Assembly (NCBI GenBank): GCA_045616385.1
Contig: JAZLGQ010000003.1
Coordinates: forward strand, 1,438-65,437
DNA length: 64,000 bases
Reading direction: 5' to 3'
Origin: Candidatus Cryptobacteroides sp.
GTDB taxonomy: Bacteria; Bacteroidota; Bacteroidia; Bacteroidales; UBA932
The notes beneath the pieces were generated by a model. The model made no database searches. It saw only the letters and a program-made list of their open reading frames with translations, and was not told the origin of the DNA. The stretch's first letter is position 1; every line of letters begins with the position of its first letter. The translations under genes and the position numbers were made by a program. Shown piece by piece: positions 44,353 through 54,161 of this stretch.

Positions 44353-46941
44353 ATGTTTTTAAAGCGGACAATATCCATCCTTTCACTGGCCCTGCTGGCG
44401 CTTTCAGCCTTTGCGCAGGAGACCGTTGAGGTGGACTATAACCGTCCGAAGAAATATGTTGTAGGCGGAATCTCAACGGAAGGGAATCATTATTTCAGCA
44501 ATGAGCAGATAATTTCCCAGACCGGCCTCCAGCCTGGTATGGAAATTACCGTCCCGAGTGAAGAGATTTCCAATATCGTCAAGCGCCTCTGGCTTCAGAG
44601 GTTCTTTGAGGACGTGGCCATCAGCATCGACAGCGTAAAGGTGGCATCTGCCCCTGCAGCTCTTGACACGGCGTATTTCAAAATCGCCATCGAGGAGCGT
44701 CCGCGTATGTCGCGTTGGACATTCACCGGGATCAAGTCCGGCGAGAAGAAGGATCTTCAGGACCGGTTGAACCTTCGCCGCGGCGGGGAGTTCTCCGAGT
44801 ATGTCGACAAGACATCCTGCGATATCATCAAGCGGTATTATTATGAAAAAGGCTTCCTAAAGTGCCAGGTCAAGGCCGAAGTGCAGAGGGATTCCGTCGT
44901 AAAGAATGCAATCCGCGTGAACTTCGCGGTTGACAAGGGCGAGAAGATCAAGATCAAGAACATCAATTTCATCGGCAACGAGCACGTGAAGGAGTTCAAG
45001 ATCGCCAAGGAGATGAAGAAGACGAAGTCCGCCAAGATATACAACTTCTTCCACAGCAAGAAATTTGACCAGAAGGAATATATCAACGACAAGAAAGCCG
45101 CATTGAGTGCTTTCAACGAGGCCGGCTACCGCGATGCCCGTCTTGTCCGCGACTCCATCTATTACGTCGAACCCAACAAGCTCGGAATCGATCTTGTTTT
45201 CGATGAAGGTGACAAATATTATTTCCGCGACATCCAGTGGACCGGCAACTCCGTCTATTCTTCCGACGCTCTCAATCAGGTGCTGCAGGTAAAGAAAGGA
45301 GATGTCTATGATGTCGTGACTATGGAGAAGCGCCTTTATGGAGGCGGCAAGCAGAATGAGCTGGACATCTCCAAGCTTTATCGCGACAACGGCTACCTGT
45401 TCTTCAACGTGACTCCTGTCGAGACCAATATCCAGAATGACTCGGTGGATGTTGAGGTCCGCATTTCGGAAGGCAAGCAGGCAACGCTGAACAACATCGT
45501 CATAAACGGCAACGACCTCACCAACGAGAAGGTTGTGCGCCGTCAGATATTCACTCGTCCGGGTTACCTCTACAGCCAGTCGGATTTCGAGCGCTCCATC
45601 CGCGAGATATCCTCTCTCGGACAGTTCGATGCCGAGGCTATCGCGGACCCTCATACCGGTTGGTCCATTATTCCGAACGCGCTGAACAACACCGTCGACC
45701 TCGTCTATAACGTAACCGAGAAGCCTTCTTCCACACTGGAGGTTTCCGGAGGATGGGGCGGCAACACTTTCGTCGCGTCGGTCGGTGTGAGCTTCAATAA
45801 CTTCTCGACCCACCGAATGTTCGAGAAACACGCCTGGAGGCCGGTTCCTCTCGGTGACGCACAGACTCTGTCCTTCCGTTTCCAGACCAACGGTACATAC
45901 TACACCTCGCTTTCTGCCAGCTTCACCGAGCCTTGGCTCACCGGCAAGAAGCCTATGTCGCTCAACCTCGGTCTGTATTATACCCGCCAGACCAACTCAT
46001 ACATCGCGCTCAATATCCTCAACAGCGACCGTATGATGGAGGTGTACGGATTCTCAGCATCATTGGGTAACCGCCTGAAGTGGCCTGACAACTACTTCAT
46101 CCTATACCACGGACTCAGCTGGCAGACTTATAAACTTACGAACTGGTATTCAGGATACTTCATCTTCGATGACGGTATCTCCAACAACCTCAGTTACACC
46201 CTTACCCTTGCAAGGAACTCGACCGACCAGCAGATTTTCCCTCGTCAGGGTTCCGATATGAGCTTCTCCCTCCAGCTCACGCCACCGTATTCCCTGTTCC
46301 GCAAGTTTGACTTCAACGACAAGGGAGAAAAGGTTGCCGTGGCAAGCTACAGGGATGTGAACTACGACAATTGGAGCGCTGCCGACCGATACAGATGGAT
46401 CGAGTACCACAAGTGGAAGTTCAACGCCACCCATTATACAAGGATCATCGGCGACCTCATCCTTATGACGCGCGCACAGTTCGGTTATGTGGGCTACTAC
46501 AACCGCAAATGGGGCTATTCTCCGTTCGAGGGTTTCCTTGTCGGCGGTGACGGTATGTCCGGTTATAGCACATACGGCAACGAGGTCATCTCGCTTCGCG
46601 GTTACGAGAACTACTCACTTACGCCATACCTCCCGTCTCAGTATAACTCAAGCGGTTATTCCTACGCGGGCAACGTATATGACAAATTTACCGTGGAACT
46701 CCGTTATCCGGTGTTGCTTCAACCGTCTTCTACCATCTTCGTTCTCGGTTTCCTCGAGGGCGGTAACTGCTGGTCAGATATCAGAGATTTCAATCCTTTC
46801 CAGATCAAACGCAGCGCCGGAGTCGGTGTTCGCATCTTCTTACCGATGATTGGTCTTCTCGGTGTGGACTGGGGCTACGGATTTGACGATGCCAAGAGTG
46901 GTGGCAGCCAGTTCCACTTCGTTATCGGCCAACAATTTTAA
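44353..46941 (+). CDS. bamA: Outer membrane protein assembly factor BamA
   Basis: Signal peptide, POTRA domains, LRGY loop and C-terminal FHFVIGQQF; ATG at 44353, TATATTTG at 44327-34. Confidence 0.95.
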   Translation: MFLKRTISILSLALLALSAFAQETVEVDYNRPKKYVVGGISTEGNHYFSNEQIISQTGLQPGMEITVPSEEISNIVKRLWLQRFFEDVAISIDSVKVASAPAALDTAYFKIAIEERPRMSRWTFTGIKSGEKKDLQDRLNLRRGGEFSEYVDKTSCDIIKRYYYEKGFLKCQVKAEVQRDSVVKNAIRVNFAVDKGEKIKIKNINFIGNEHVKEFKIAKEMKKTKSAKIYNFFHSKKFDQKEYINDKKAALSAFNEAGYRDARLVRDSIYYVEPNKLGIDLVFDEGDKYYFRDIQWTGNSVYSSDALNQVLQVKKGDVYDVVTMEKRLYGGGKQNELDISKLYRDNGYLFFNVTPVETNIQNDSVDVEVRISEGKQATLNNIVINGNDLTNEKVVRRQIFTRPGYLYSQSDFERSIREISSLGQFDAEAIADPHTGWSIIPNALNNTVDLVYNVTEKPSSTLEVSGGWGGNTFVASVGVSFNNFSTHRMFEKHAWRPVPLGDAQTLSFRFQTNGTYYTSLSASFTEPWLTGKKPMSLNLGLYYTRQTNSYIALNILNSDRMMEVYGFSASLGNRLKWPDNYFILYHGLSWQTYKLTNWYSGYFIFDDGISNNLSYTLTLARNSTDQQIFPRQGSDMSFSLQLTPPYSLFRKFDFNDKGEKVAVASYRDVNYDNWSAADRYRWIEYHKWKFNATHYTRIIGDLILMTRAQFGYVGYYNRKWGYSPFEGFLVGGDGMSGYSTYGNEVISLRGYENYSLTPYLPSQYNSSGYSYAGNVYDKFTVELRYPVLLQPSSTIFVLGFLEGGNCWSDIRDFNPFQIKRSAGVGVRIFLPMIGLLGVDWGYGFDDAKSGGSQFHFVIGQQF

Positions 46942-46968
46942 TTGAATAACTATTTAATGCATACAATT

Positions 46969-47532
46969 ATGAAAAAGGTTCTTTTGATCGCCGCTATGGC
47001 ATTCGTTTCAGTGGCTGGCTTCTCTCAGCAGAAGTTTGCTCACGTCAACTTCTCAGAGCTCGTCCAGCTTTGCCCGGAGGCTGACCAGGCTCGTGCTACT
47101 ATGACCGCTTCCAACAACGAGGCACAGGAAACATATCAGGCGATGGTTGAGGAATTCAACACCAAGTACAGCCAGTATCAGCAGAAAGCTTCCACCTGGA
47201 CCCAGTCCATCCGCGAAAGCAAGGAGAAGGAGCTTACCGAGATCCAGCAGCGCATTCAGGAATTCGGCCAGTCAGTACAGGCAGAACTCCAGCAGCAGGA
47301 ACAGCAGCTTATGGCTCCTATCTATGAGAAGGCCAACAAGACAGTTCAGGATCTTGCCAAGGAAGGCGGATACATCTTCGTTTTCGATGTTTCCACAGCT
47401 CTTTACGTTGACCCGGCACAGAGCACAGACCTCACCCCTGCAGCGCGCAAGGCTCTCAACATCGCGGCTGACCGCACACTCGAGACCCTTCAGGCAGAGC
47501 TTCAGGCTCAGGCCCAGGCTGCACAGCAGTAG
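46969..47532 (+). CDS. skp: OmpH/Skp periplasmic chaperone
   Basis: Signal peptide, KFAHVN, coiled coil and GYIFVFD; directly after bamA. Confidence 0.9.
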   Translation: MKKVLLIAAMAFVSVAGFSQQKFAHVNFSELVQLCPEADQARATMTASNNEAQETYQAMVEEFNTKYSQYQQKASTWTQSIRESKEKELTEIQQRIQEFGQSVQAELQQQEQQLMAPIYEKANKTVQDLAKEGGYIFVFDVSTALYVDPAQSTDLTPAARKALNIAADRTLETLQAELQAQAQAAQQ

Positions 47533-47551
47533 TACAGCAATGACCCATATG

Positions 47552-47580
47552 TAAAGACCGGTACAGCGTGCCGGTCTTTA
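47552..47580 (+). terminator. Hairpin / probable terminator after skp
   Basis: taaagaccggtac-agc-gtgccggtcttta; short U-tract. Confidence 0.6.
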
Positions 47581-47616
47581 TAAATTGTACAAACCAATCA
47601 AACCACATATAAAATA

Positions 47617-49464
47617 ATGCAACATAAAGTCATTGACACCAAAGATGTCGTGATAAGGTTTGCAGGAGATTCCGGTGATGGTATGCAACTCACCGGCTCG
47701 CTCTTTGCGGACATGTCAGCTATCTACGGCAACGGACTTGCAACGTTCCCGGATTACCCGGCCGAAATCCGTGCTCCGCACGGTACGGTTTCAGGCGTAT
47801 CCGGTTTTCAGGTTCATATCGGCAGTGAAGAGGTGGCCACTCCCGGCGACTTCTGCGATATGCTCATTGCAATGAATCCTGCAGCGCTCAGGGCCAATGC
47901 CAAATGGTGCAAGCGTCACGCGATGATCCTTATCGACGAGGATGCATTTGATGATGCAGGCATGAAGAAAGCCGGTTTCACGACAGACAATCCTTTCACG
48001 GAACTATCAGTAGAAGACAGGACACTCATCATCGCGCCTATCACCACGATGACGAAGGAGAGCTTGAAAGACAGCGGAATGGACCAGAAGTCCATCCTCA
48101 AATGCAAGAATATGTTCACGCTCGGAATCGCGTGCTATATCTTCAACCGCCCTCTCCAGCCTGTCTACGACTATCTTGAGAAAAAGTTCTCGAAGAAGCA
48201 TCCGGAGGTGATCGCTCCGAACAAGAAAGTCCTTGATGACGGTTTCAACTATGCGGCCAATGTCCAGGCTATCCCGAACACCTATACCATCGAGCCTGTC
48301 AAGTCCGCCAAAAAAGGTACATACAGGAATGTGACCGGCAACCAGGCCATTGCCTGGGGCCTCCTTGCGGCTTCTGAAAAGTCAGGCCTGCCTCTTTTCT
48401 GCGGTTCTTATCCCATCACTCCGGCAACAGCCATACTTGAAGAGCTTGCCCTTCACAAGAGCCTTGGAGCCAAGACGCTTCAGGCTGAGGATGAGATCGC
48501 CGGCATCTGCACTGCGATCGGTGCCGCATTCGCCGGCAACCTTGCTGTTACAACCACTTCCGGCCCGGGCCTGTCGCTCAAGAGCGAGGCTCTCGGACTG
48601 GCCGTTATGGCCGAGCTGCCGCTCGTTGTCGTTGACGTTCAGCGCGGCGGCCCTTCCACCGGCCTTCCTACCAAGACGGAGCAGACGGACCTCAATCAGG
48701 CGCTCTACGGACGAAACGGTGAGTGCCCGATTCCTGTAATCTGCGCACATTCACCTGCAAATTGCTTCTTCGCCGCCTTTATGGCTGCAAAGATTGCGCT
48801 TGAGCATATGACTCCGGTCCTCCTCCTGTCAGAAGGTTTCCTCGGCAACGGCAGTGAACCCTGGCTCATTCCGTGGATGAAGGACTATCCTGAGATTCAT
48901 CCGCCGTTCGTAACCGGAGTGCTGCCGGAAGGCGAAAGGTTCAAGCCGTTCGAGAGGGACCCTGAAACAATGGTTCCGCGGTGGGCGCTTCCGGGACAGA
49001 AGGGTTTCGAGCATCGTGTGGGCGGCCTTGAGAAGAATCACGCCGGCGTGCTTTCGACCGATCCGCAGAACCACGAAACTATGGTTCGCGAGCGCGCGAG
49101 GAAGGTCGAGCTGATTTCGAAGGACCTTCCGAATCTGGTTGTCCGCGGTCCGCAGGAGGGTGATCTCCTGGTTCTCGGATGGGGTGGCACCTACGGACAT
49201 ATTGCCAGCGCCATTCACGACCTGCAGGAAGAAGGTGTCCCTGTGGCCTACACCCATTTCGACTATATCAATCCGCTCCCGCCAAATACTGCCGAGATTT
49301 TCTCCCACTACAAGAAGTTCCTTGTGTGTGAACTGAACAGCGGACAGTTCGCAAACTATCTGCAGGGACTTTATCCGCAGTATACTTTCCGCAAATACGG
49401 AAAGGTCCAGGGTCAACCGTTCCTCGTGAGCGAACTCATCGAGGCAATCAAAAAGGAGATGTAG
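47617..49464 (+). CDS. korA: 2-oxoacid:ferredoxin oxidoreductase alpha subunit (gamma-alpha fusion, KorA-like)
   Basis: AGDSGDGMQLTG, YPITPA, QAEDEIA, TSGPG and QRGGPSTGLPT; substrate inferred. Confidence 0.88.
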   Translation: MQHKVIDTKDVVIRFAGDSGDGMQLTGSLFADMSAIYGNGLATFPDYPAEIRAPHGTVSGVSGFQVHIGSEEVATPGDFCDMLIAMNPAALRANAKWCKRHAMILIDEDAFDDAGMKKAGFTTDNPFTELSVEDRTLIIAPITTMTKESLKDSGMDQKSILKCKNMFTLGIACYIFNRPLQPVYDYLEKKFSKKHPEVIAPNKKVLDDGFNYAANVQAIPNTYTIEPVKSAKKGTYRNVTGNQAIAWGLLAASEKSGLPLFCGSYPITPATAILEELALHKSLGAKTLQAEDEIAGICTAIGAAFAGNLAVTTTSGPGLSLKSEALGLAVMAELPLVVVDVQRGGPSTGLPTKTEQTDLNQALYGRNGECPIPVICAHSPANCFFAAFMAAKIALEHMTPVLLLSEGFLGNGSEPWLIPWMKDYPEIHPPFVTGVLPEGERFKPFERDPETMVPRWALPGQKGFEHRVGGLEKNHAGVLSTDPQNHETMVRERARKVELISKDLPNLVVRGPQEGDLLVLGWGGTYGHIASAIHDLQEEGVPVAYTHFDYINPLPPNTAEIFSHYKKFLVCELNSGQFANYLQGLYPQYTFRKYGKVQGQPFLVSELIEAIKKEM

Positions 49465-49467
49465 GAT

Positions 49468-50487
49468 ATGGCAAATTTGACATTCAAAGATTTCAAGAGC
49501 GACCAGGAAGTGCGCTGGTGCCCGGGATGTGGCGACCATGCTGTACTCGCCTCTCTGCAGAGGGCTCTCCCAAAGGTGAGCCAGGCCCTTAATTATGATA
49601 AGGAACGCTATGTGGTGGTGTCCGGTATAGGATGCTCTTCACGACTCCCGTACTATATGGATACATACGGCTTCCATAGCATCCACGGCCGTGCCACTGC
49701 CATTTCCACCGGCATCAAGGTGGCGAATCCGTGGCTGACAGTATGGCAGGCCTGCGGTGACGGCGATGCCCTCGCCATCGGAGGCAACCATTTCATCCAC
49801 GCGATACGCCGCAACATCGACATAAATATCATCCTCTTCAACAATCAGATCTACGGACTCACAAAAGGACAGTACAGCCCGACCTCCAAGTTCGGCGCGA
49901 TTACCAAGACCTCGCCATACGGCACCGTAGAGCACCCGTTCAATCCGGGCTCCCTCGTGCTTGGTGCGAAGGGTACTTTCTTTGCACGCAGTCTCGACGT
50001 TGAACTGAAGCTGAATGAAGAGATAATGACTGCTGCAGCCCTCCACGACGGATGCTCGGTGATGGAAATGCTCACCAACTGTGTCATCTTCAATGACGGC
50101 GCCCACAAGAATCTTTCCGATCCTGCTGTCAAGGCCGACCACACCATCGTACTCCGCCACGGCGAGAAGATGGTATTCGGCAAGGACAACGAGAAGGGAC
50201 TCATCTATGATGGCAGGAAGCTGCGTGTGATACATATCGGAGAAGGTGGCTTCACCCTCGATGACGTGCTTGTGCACGATGCACACGCCGACAACATCGG
50301 CATACATATGGCTCTTGCGGATATGAAGGGTCCGGACTATCCTGTAGCCCTCGGTGTGATCCGTGACGTCAGGGACATCACATATGACGACGGTGTGCGT
50401 GATCAGGTCAAGCAGGTTGCCGCCAAATCCTCAATCCACTGCGTAGACGACCTTCTTCGCAGCGGCAGTACCTGGGAAGTAAAATAA
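49468..50487 (+). CDS. korB: 2-oxoacid:ferredoxin oxidoreductase beta subunit
   Basis: WCPGCGD, SGIGCSSR, HGRA and TPP motif GDGD...NNQIYGLTKGQ. Confidence 0.9.
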   Translation: MANLTFKDFKSDQEVRWCPGCGDHAVLASLQRALPKVSQALNYDKERYVVVSGIGCSSRLPYYMDTYGFHSIHGRATAISTGIKVANPWLTVWQACGDGDALAIGGNHFIHAIRRNIDINIILFNNQIYGLTKGQYSPTSKFGAITKTSPYGTVEHPFNPGSLVLGAKGTFFARSLDVELKLNEEIMTAAALHDGCSVMEMLTNCVIFNDGAHKNLSDPAVKADHTIVLRHGEKMVFGKDNEKGLIYDGRKLRVIHIGEGGFTLDDVLVHDAHADNIGIHMALADMKGPDYPVALGVIRDVRDITYDDGVRDQVKQVAAKSSIHCVDDLLRSGSTWEVK

Positions 50488-50553
50488 GTATTCTCCACAA
50501 TTACAACCAGACGATTATTTTATTATATTTGTCGGGTTAGTAGTTAACTTAGT

Positions 50554-51897
50554 ATGAAGACACAAGACATTATGGCACGCCTCCAGGCCAAGTATCCAGG
50601 AGAAAATGAATATCTCCAGGCAGTACAGGAGGTTCTTGAATCTATCGAGGATGTGTATAATCAGCATCCTGAATTCGAAAAAGCCAAGATCGTGGAGCGT
50701 ATGGTTGAACCGGACCGTATCTTTACCTTCCGTGTCACCTGGGTTGACGATAAGGGTGAAGTCCAGACCAACACCGGTTATCGTATCCAGTTCAACAGCG
50801 CGATCGGTCCTTACAAGGGCGGTCTCCGTTTCCACAAGGCAGTAACTCCTTCAATGCTTAAGTTCCTCGGCTTTGAGCAGACTTTCAAGAACGCTCTTAC
50901 CACTCTTCCTATGGGTGGCGCAAAGGGTGGTTCCGATTTCGACCCGGTAGGCAAGTCCAACGATGAGATTATGCGTTTCTGTCAGGCCTTTATGCTTGAA
51001 CTCTGGCAGTGCATCGGTCCTGATCAGGACATCCCTGCAGGCGACGTAGGCGTAGGTGGCCGTGAGATCGGTTATCTCTATGGAATGTACAAGAAGCTTG
51101 CCCGCGAGTACAACACCGGTGTTCTCACCGGCAAGGGTGCAACCTGGGGCGGTTCGATCCACCGTCCGGAGGCTACCGGTTTCGGAGCTCTCTATTTCAC
51201 CCAGAACCTTCTCCACAAGGCCGGAAAGGACATCAAGGGCTGCAAGGTTGCCATCTCAGGCTTCGGTAACGTAGCGTGGGGCGCCTGCACCAAGGCTACC
51301 GAACTCGGTGCCAAGGTCGTAGCCATCTCAGGTCCTGACGGAGTCTGCGAGATTCCTGACGGTATCACCAAGGAGATGATTGACTATATGCTTGTAATGC
51401 GCGCATCCAACCGCAACAAGGTTCAGGATATGGCAGACCAGTTCCCTGGCGCAGCCAAGTTCACTGCCGGCAAGAAGGCTTGGACCGTGAAGTGCGACAT
51501 CGCTCTTCCTTGTGCATTCCAGAACGAGCTCTCGGAGGATGACGCCAAGGAACTCAAGGCAAATGGCACCTGGTGCTGCTGCGAGGTTTCCAATATGGGC
51601 TGCCAGCCTGGCGCTATCAGGTTCTTCCAGAACAACGGTGTATTCTTTGCTCCTGGCAAGGCCGTCAATGCAGGTGGTGTGGCTACCTCAGGTCTTGAGA
51701 TGACCCAGAACGCTTCACATATCAGCTGGAGCGGCAAGGAAGTTGACGAGAAGCTTCACTTCATTATGGATTCAATCCACGAGGCTTGCGTCAAGTACGG
51801 TACACAGGCAGACGGTTCAATCGATTATGTGAAGGGCGCAAATATCGCCGGCTTCATGAAGGTTGCCACCGCTATGCTGGAGCAGGGTACAATCTAA
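50554..51897 (+). CDS. gdhA: Glutamate dehydrogenase (NAD(P)-dependent; cofactor not determined)
   Basis: GPYKGGLRFH, LPMGGAKGG, DIPAGD, RPEATG, GFGNV and NAGGV; TATATTTG at 50524-31. Confidence 0.93.
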   Translation: MKTQDIMARLQAKYPGENEYLQAVQEVLESIEDVYNQHPEFEKAKIVERMVEPDRIFTFRVTWVDDKGEVQTNTGYRIQFNSAIGPYKGGLRFHKAVTPSMLKFLGFEQTFKNALTTLPMGGAKGGSDFDPVGKSNDEIMRFCQAFMLELWQCIGPDQDIPAGDVGVGGREIGYLYGMYKKLAREYNTGVLTGKGATWGGSIHRPEATGFGALYFTQNLLHKAGKDIKGCKVAISGFGNVAWGACTKATELGAKVVAISGPDGVCEIPDGITKEMIDYMLVMRASNRNKVQDMADQFPGAAKFTAGKKAWTVKCDIALPCAFQNELSEDDAKELKANGTWCCCEVSNMGCQPGAIRFFQNNGVFFAPGKAVNAGGVATSGLEMTQNASHISWSGKEVDEKLHFIMDSIHEACVKYGTQADGSIDYVKGANIAGFMKVATAMLEQGTI

Positions 51898-51912
51898 AAA
51901 CCTGTTTGATAT

Positions 51913-51951
51913 AAAAATGAAGGCTGAGCAAAACGCTCAGCCTTCATTTTT
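51913..51951. terminator. Bidirectional intrinsic terminator between gdh and the M3 peptidase
   Basis: aaaaatgaaggctgagc-aaaac-gctcagccttcattttt, a perfect 17-bp stem. Confidence 0.9.
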
Positions 51952-54045
51952 TTATTTTGATATGATTCCGAGTTTGATCAACAGGGCCTTGGTCTCAGGG
52001 TCGTGGCCGCGGAAGTTGCGGTAGAGGATGGCCTCCTTCTCGGTACTGCCCTTTTCAAGGACATTGCGACGGAATGAGTCGGCGGTTGCCTTGTCGAAGA
52101 TGCCGCTCTCCTCGAAGAGCGAGAAGGCGTCGGCCTCAAGGACCTCGGCCCACTTGTATGAATAGTATCCTGCGGCGTATCCGCCTGAGAAGATGTGGCT
52201 GAATGCAGTAGATACGCAGGTGCCGTCAACTCTTGGGAGGAGGTTGAGAGGCTCGTATACGGATGCCTCGAATGCCTCTGTGCCGAGTTCCGGAAGGGAG
52301 GTGAGGGTATACCAGTTCATATCGAGATAGCCGAACTGCAGCTGGCGTACCTGGAAGTATGCGGCGTTGTAGTTCTTGGCTGCGATGATCTTGTCGATAA
52401 GCTCGTCCGGGATGACCTCGCCGGTCTGGTAGTGCTTTGCGAACTGCTTGAGGAACTCGCGCTCATACCCCCAGTTCTCCATAATCTGGGACGGAAGCTC
52501 CACGAAGTCGTGGTCGACCGAAGTGCCGCTCTGGCCCGGATATGTGCACTTGGTGAGCATTCCGTGGAGGGCGTGACCGAACTCGTGCAGGAAGGTGGTG
52601 AGCTCGTCGTGTGTAAGAAGTGATGGGGCTGAAGCCGTCGGCTTGCTGAAGTTCATGACGATGGTCACGCAAGGTCTGTGGTCAACGCCTTCATATGTGT
52701 ATTGGCTGTAGATGTCGTTCATCCACGCACCTCCGCGCTTGCTTGCGCGAGGGAAGAAGTCGGCATAGAACAGGGCGAGATGCTCGCCGTTTTCGTCCTT
52801 TACATCGAAGACGTGTACGTCCGGATGATATCCCGGGATGTCGTTGCGCTCCTCGAAGGTGATGCCGTAGAGGCGGGTTGCGAGACCGAGCACTGCGTCT
52901 ATGCAGCTCTCAAGCTGGAAGTAAGGCTTGAGCTGTTCGTCGCTCAGGTCATAGAGGCTGTTCTTGTATTTCTCTGACCAGAAACTGAAATCCCAGGCGA
53001 GGAGTTCGTCGCCCTCGAAACCGTTCTTCTTTGCAAAGGCAAGGATGTCGGCAACCTCTTTCTTGGCTGCAGGGAGGGAAGGCTCGAGGAGCTCGCCGAG
53101 GAATTTCCACACGCCGTCCTTGCTGCCCACCATACGGTCTTCGATGGCATAGTCGGCATAGGTCTCATATCCGAGGATGTTGGCGATACGGATTCTGAGG
53201 TCGACGATCTTGCGGCAGATCTCGGAGTTGTCGAATTCTCCGCCAAGCGCCTTGGAATTGTAAGCCCTGTAAATCTTTTCGCGGAGGTCGCGGCGTGTGC
53301 TGAACTTCAGGAATGCGACGTAACTTGGCTGGCTGAGGTCGAAGGTCCAGCCGCTCTCGCCGCGCTCGGCGGCTGTAGCTGCGCCCATATCGCGCACATA
53401 GTCAGGAAGACCGGCGAGATCGGCTTCGTCGGTGAGGTTCATAGCCCAGGCGTTGGTGGCTGCAAGCGCATTCTTCTGCCACTGGAGCTGTGTGAGCGAG
53501 AGCTCTTCCTCGAGTTTGCTGTATGTCTCCTTGTCTGCGTCGGAAAGGAGGGCTCCGCTGCGTACGAAACCTTTGTACGTATCTTCAAGAAGGCGCATCT
53601 GCGCGCGGTCGAGGTCAAGGTTCTCCCTGTTGTCATAAACTTTCTTGACGCGCTCGAAGAGAGGGGCGTTGAGCGAGGTGTACATCTCGAACTCTGTAAG
53701 CATAGGTGAAAGCTCCTCCGCAATCTGCTCCATACCGTCGTTGGTGTTGGATTCCTTGAGATTGTAGAAGATGCCGCCAATGCGGTTGATCGCCATGCCG
53801 GAGTAGGCGAGAGCCTCGATGGTGTTCTCGAATGTAGGCTCGTCCGGGTTGGCGACAATGGCGTCGATCTCGGCCTTGCCTTCCTTGATGGCCTGTTGGA
53901 ATGCAGGCAGGTAGTGCTCGTTCTTGATCTTGTCGAACTGGGGTGCGCCATAAGGCAGCGTCGATTCTGTAAGAAGTGGATTCTCCATTTTGCAGGAAGT
54001 GATGAGAGCCAGAATTGCTCCGGCGATGATGATTGCTTTTTTCAT
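51952..54045 (-). CDS. dcp: M3 family metallopeptidase (peptidyl-dipeptidase Dcp-like), lipoprotein
   Basis: Lipobox TSC, KRGGAWM, HEFGH zinc motif, DFVELPSQ and GYAAGYYSYKWAEVL. Confidence 0.92.
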   Translation of the reverse strand: MKKAIIIAGAILALITSCKMENPLLTESTLPYGAPQFDKIKNEHYLPAFQQAIKEGKAEIDAIVANPDEPTFENTIEALAYSGMAINRIGGIFYNLKESNTNDGMEQIAEELSPMLTEFEMYTSLNAPLFERVKKVYDNRENLDLDRAQMRLLEDTYKGFVRSGALLSDADKETYSKLEEELSLTQLQWQKNALAATNAWAMNLTDEADLAGLPDYVRDMGAATAAERGESGWTFDLSQPSYVAFLKFSTRRDLREKIYRAYNSKALGGEFDNSEICRKIVDLRIRIANILGYETYADYAIEDRMVGSKDGVWKFLGELLEPSLPAAKKEVADILAFAKKNGFEGDELLAWDFSFWSEKYKNSLYDLSDEQLKPYFQLESCIDAVLGLATRLYGITFEERNDIPGYHPDVHVFDVKDENGEHLALFYADFFPRASKRGGAWMNDIYSQYTYEGVDHRPCVTIVMNFSKPTASAPSLLTHDELTTFLHEFGHALHGMLTKCTYPGQSGTSVDHDFVELPSQIMENWGYEREFLKQFAKHYQTGEVIPDELIDKIIAAKNYNAAYFQVRQLQFGYLDMNWYTLTSLPELGTEAFEASVYEPLNLLPRVDGTCVSTAFSHIFSGGYAAGYYSYKWAEVLEADAFSLFEESGIFDKATADSFRRNVLEKGSTEKEAILYRNFRGHDPETKALLIKLGIISK

Positions 54046-54161
54046 TTACAAGTGGTTGTGATGAGGAGACAAAAGTAAGCATTTTGGTTGGCATTTAGGC
54101 AATTATTGACTAAATTTGCGGCGCTTATAAGAAGATAGCAGTAAAATCATATCATAAGTTT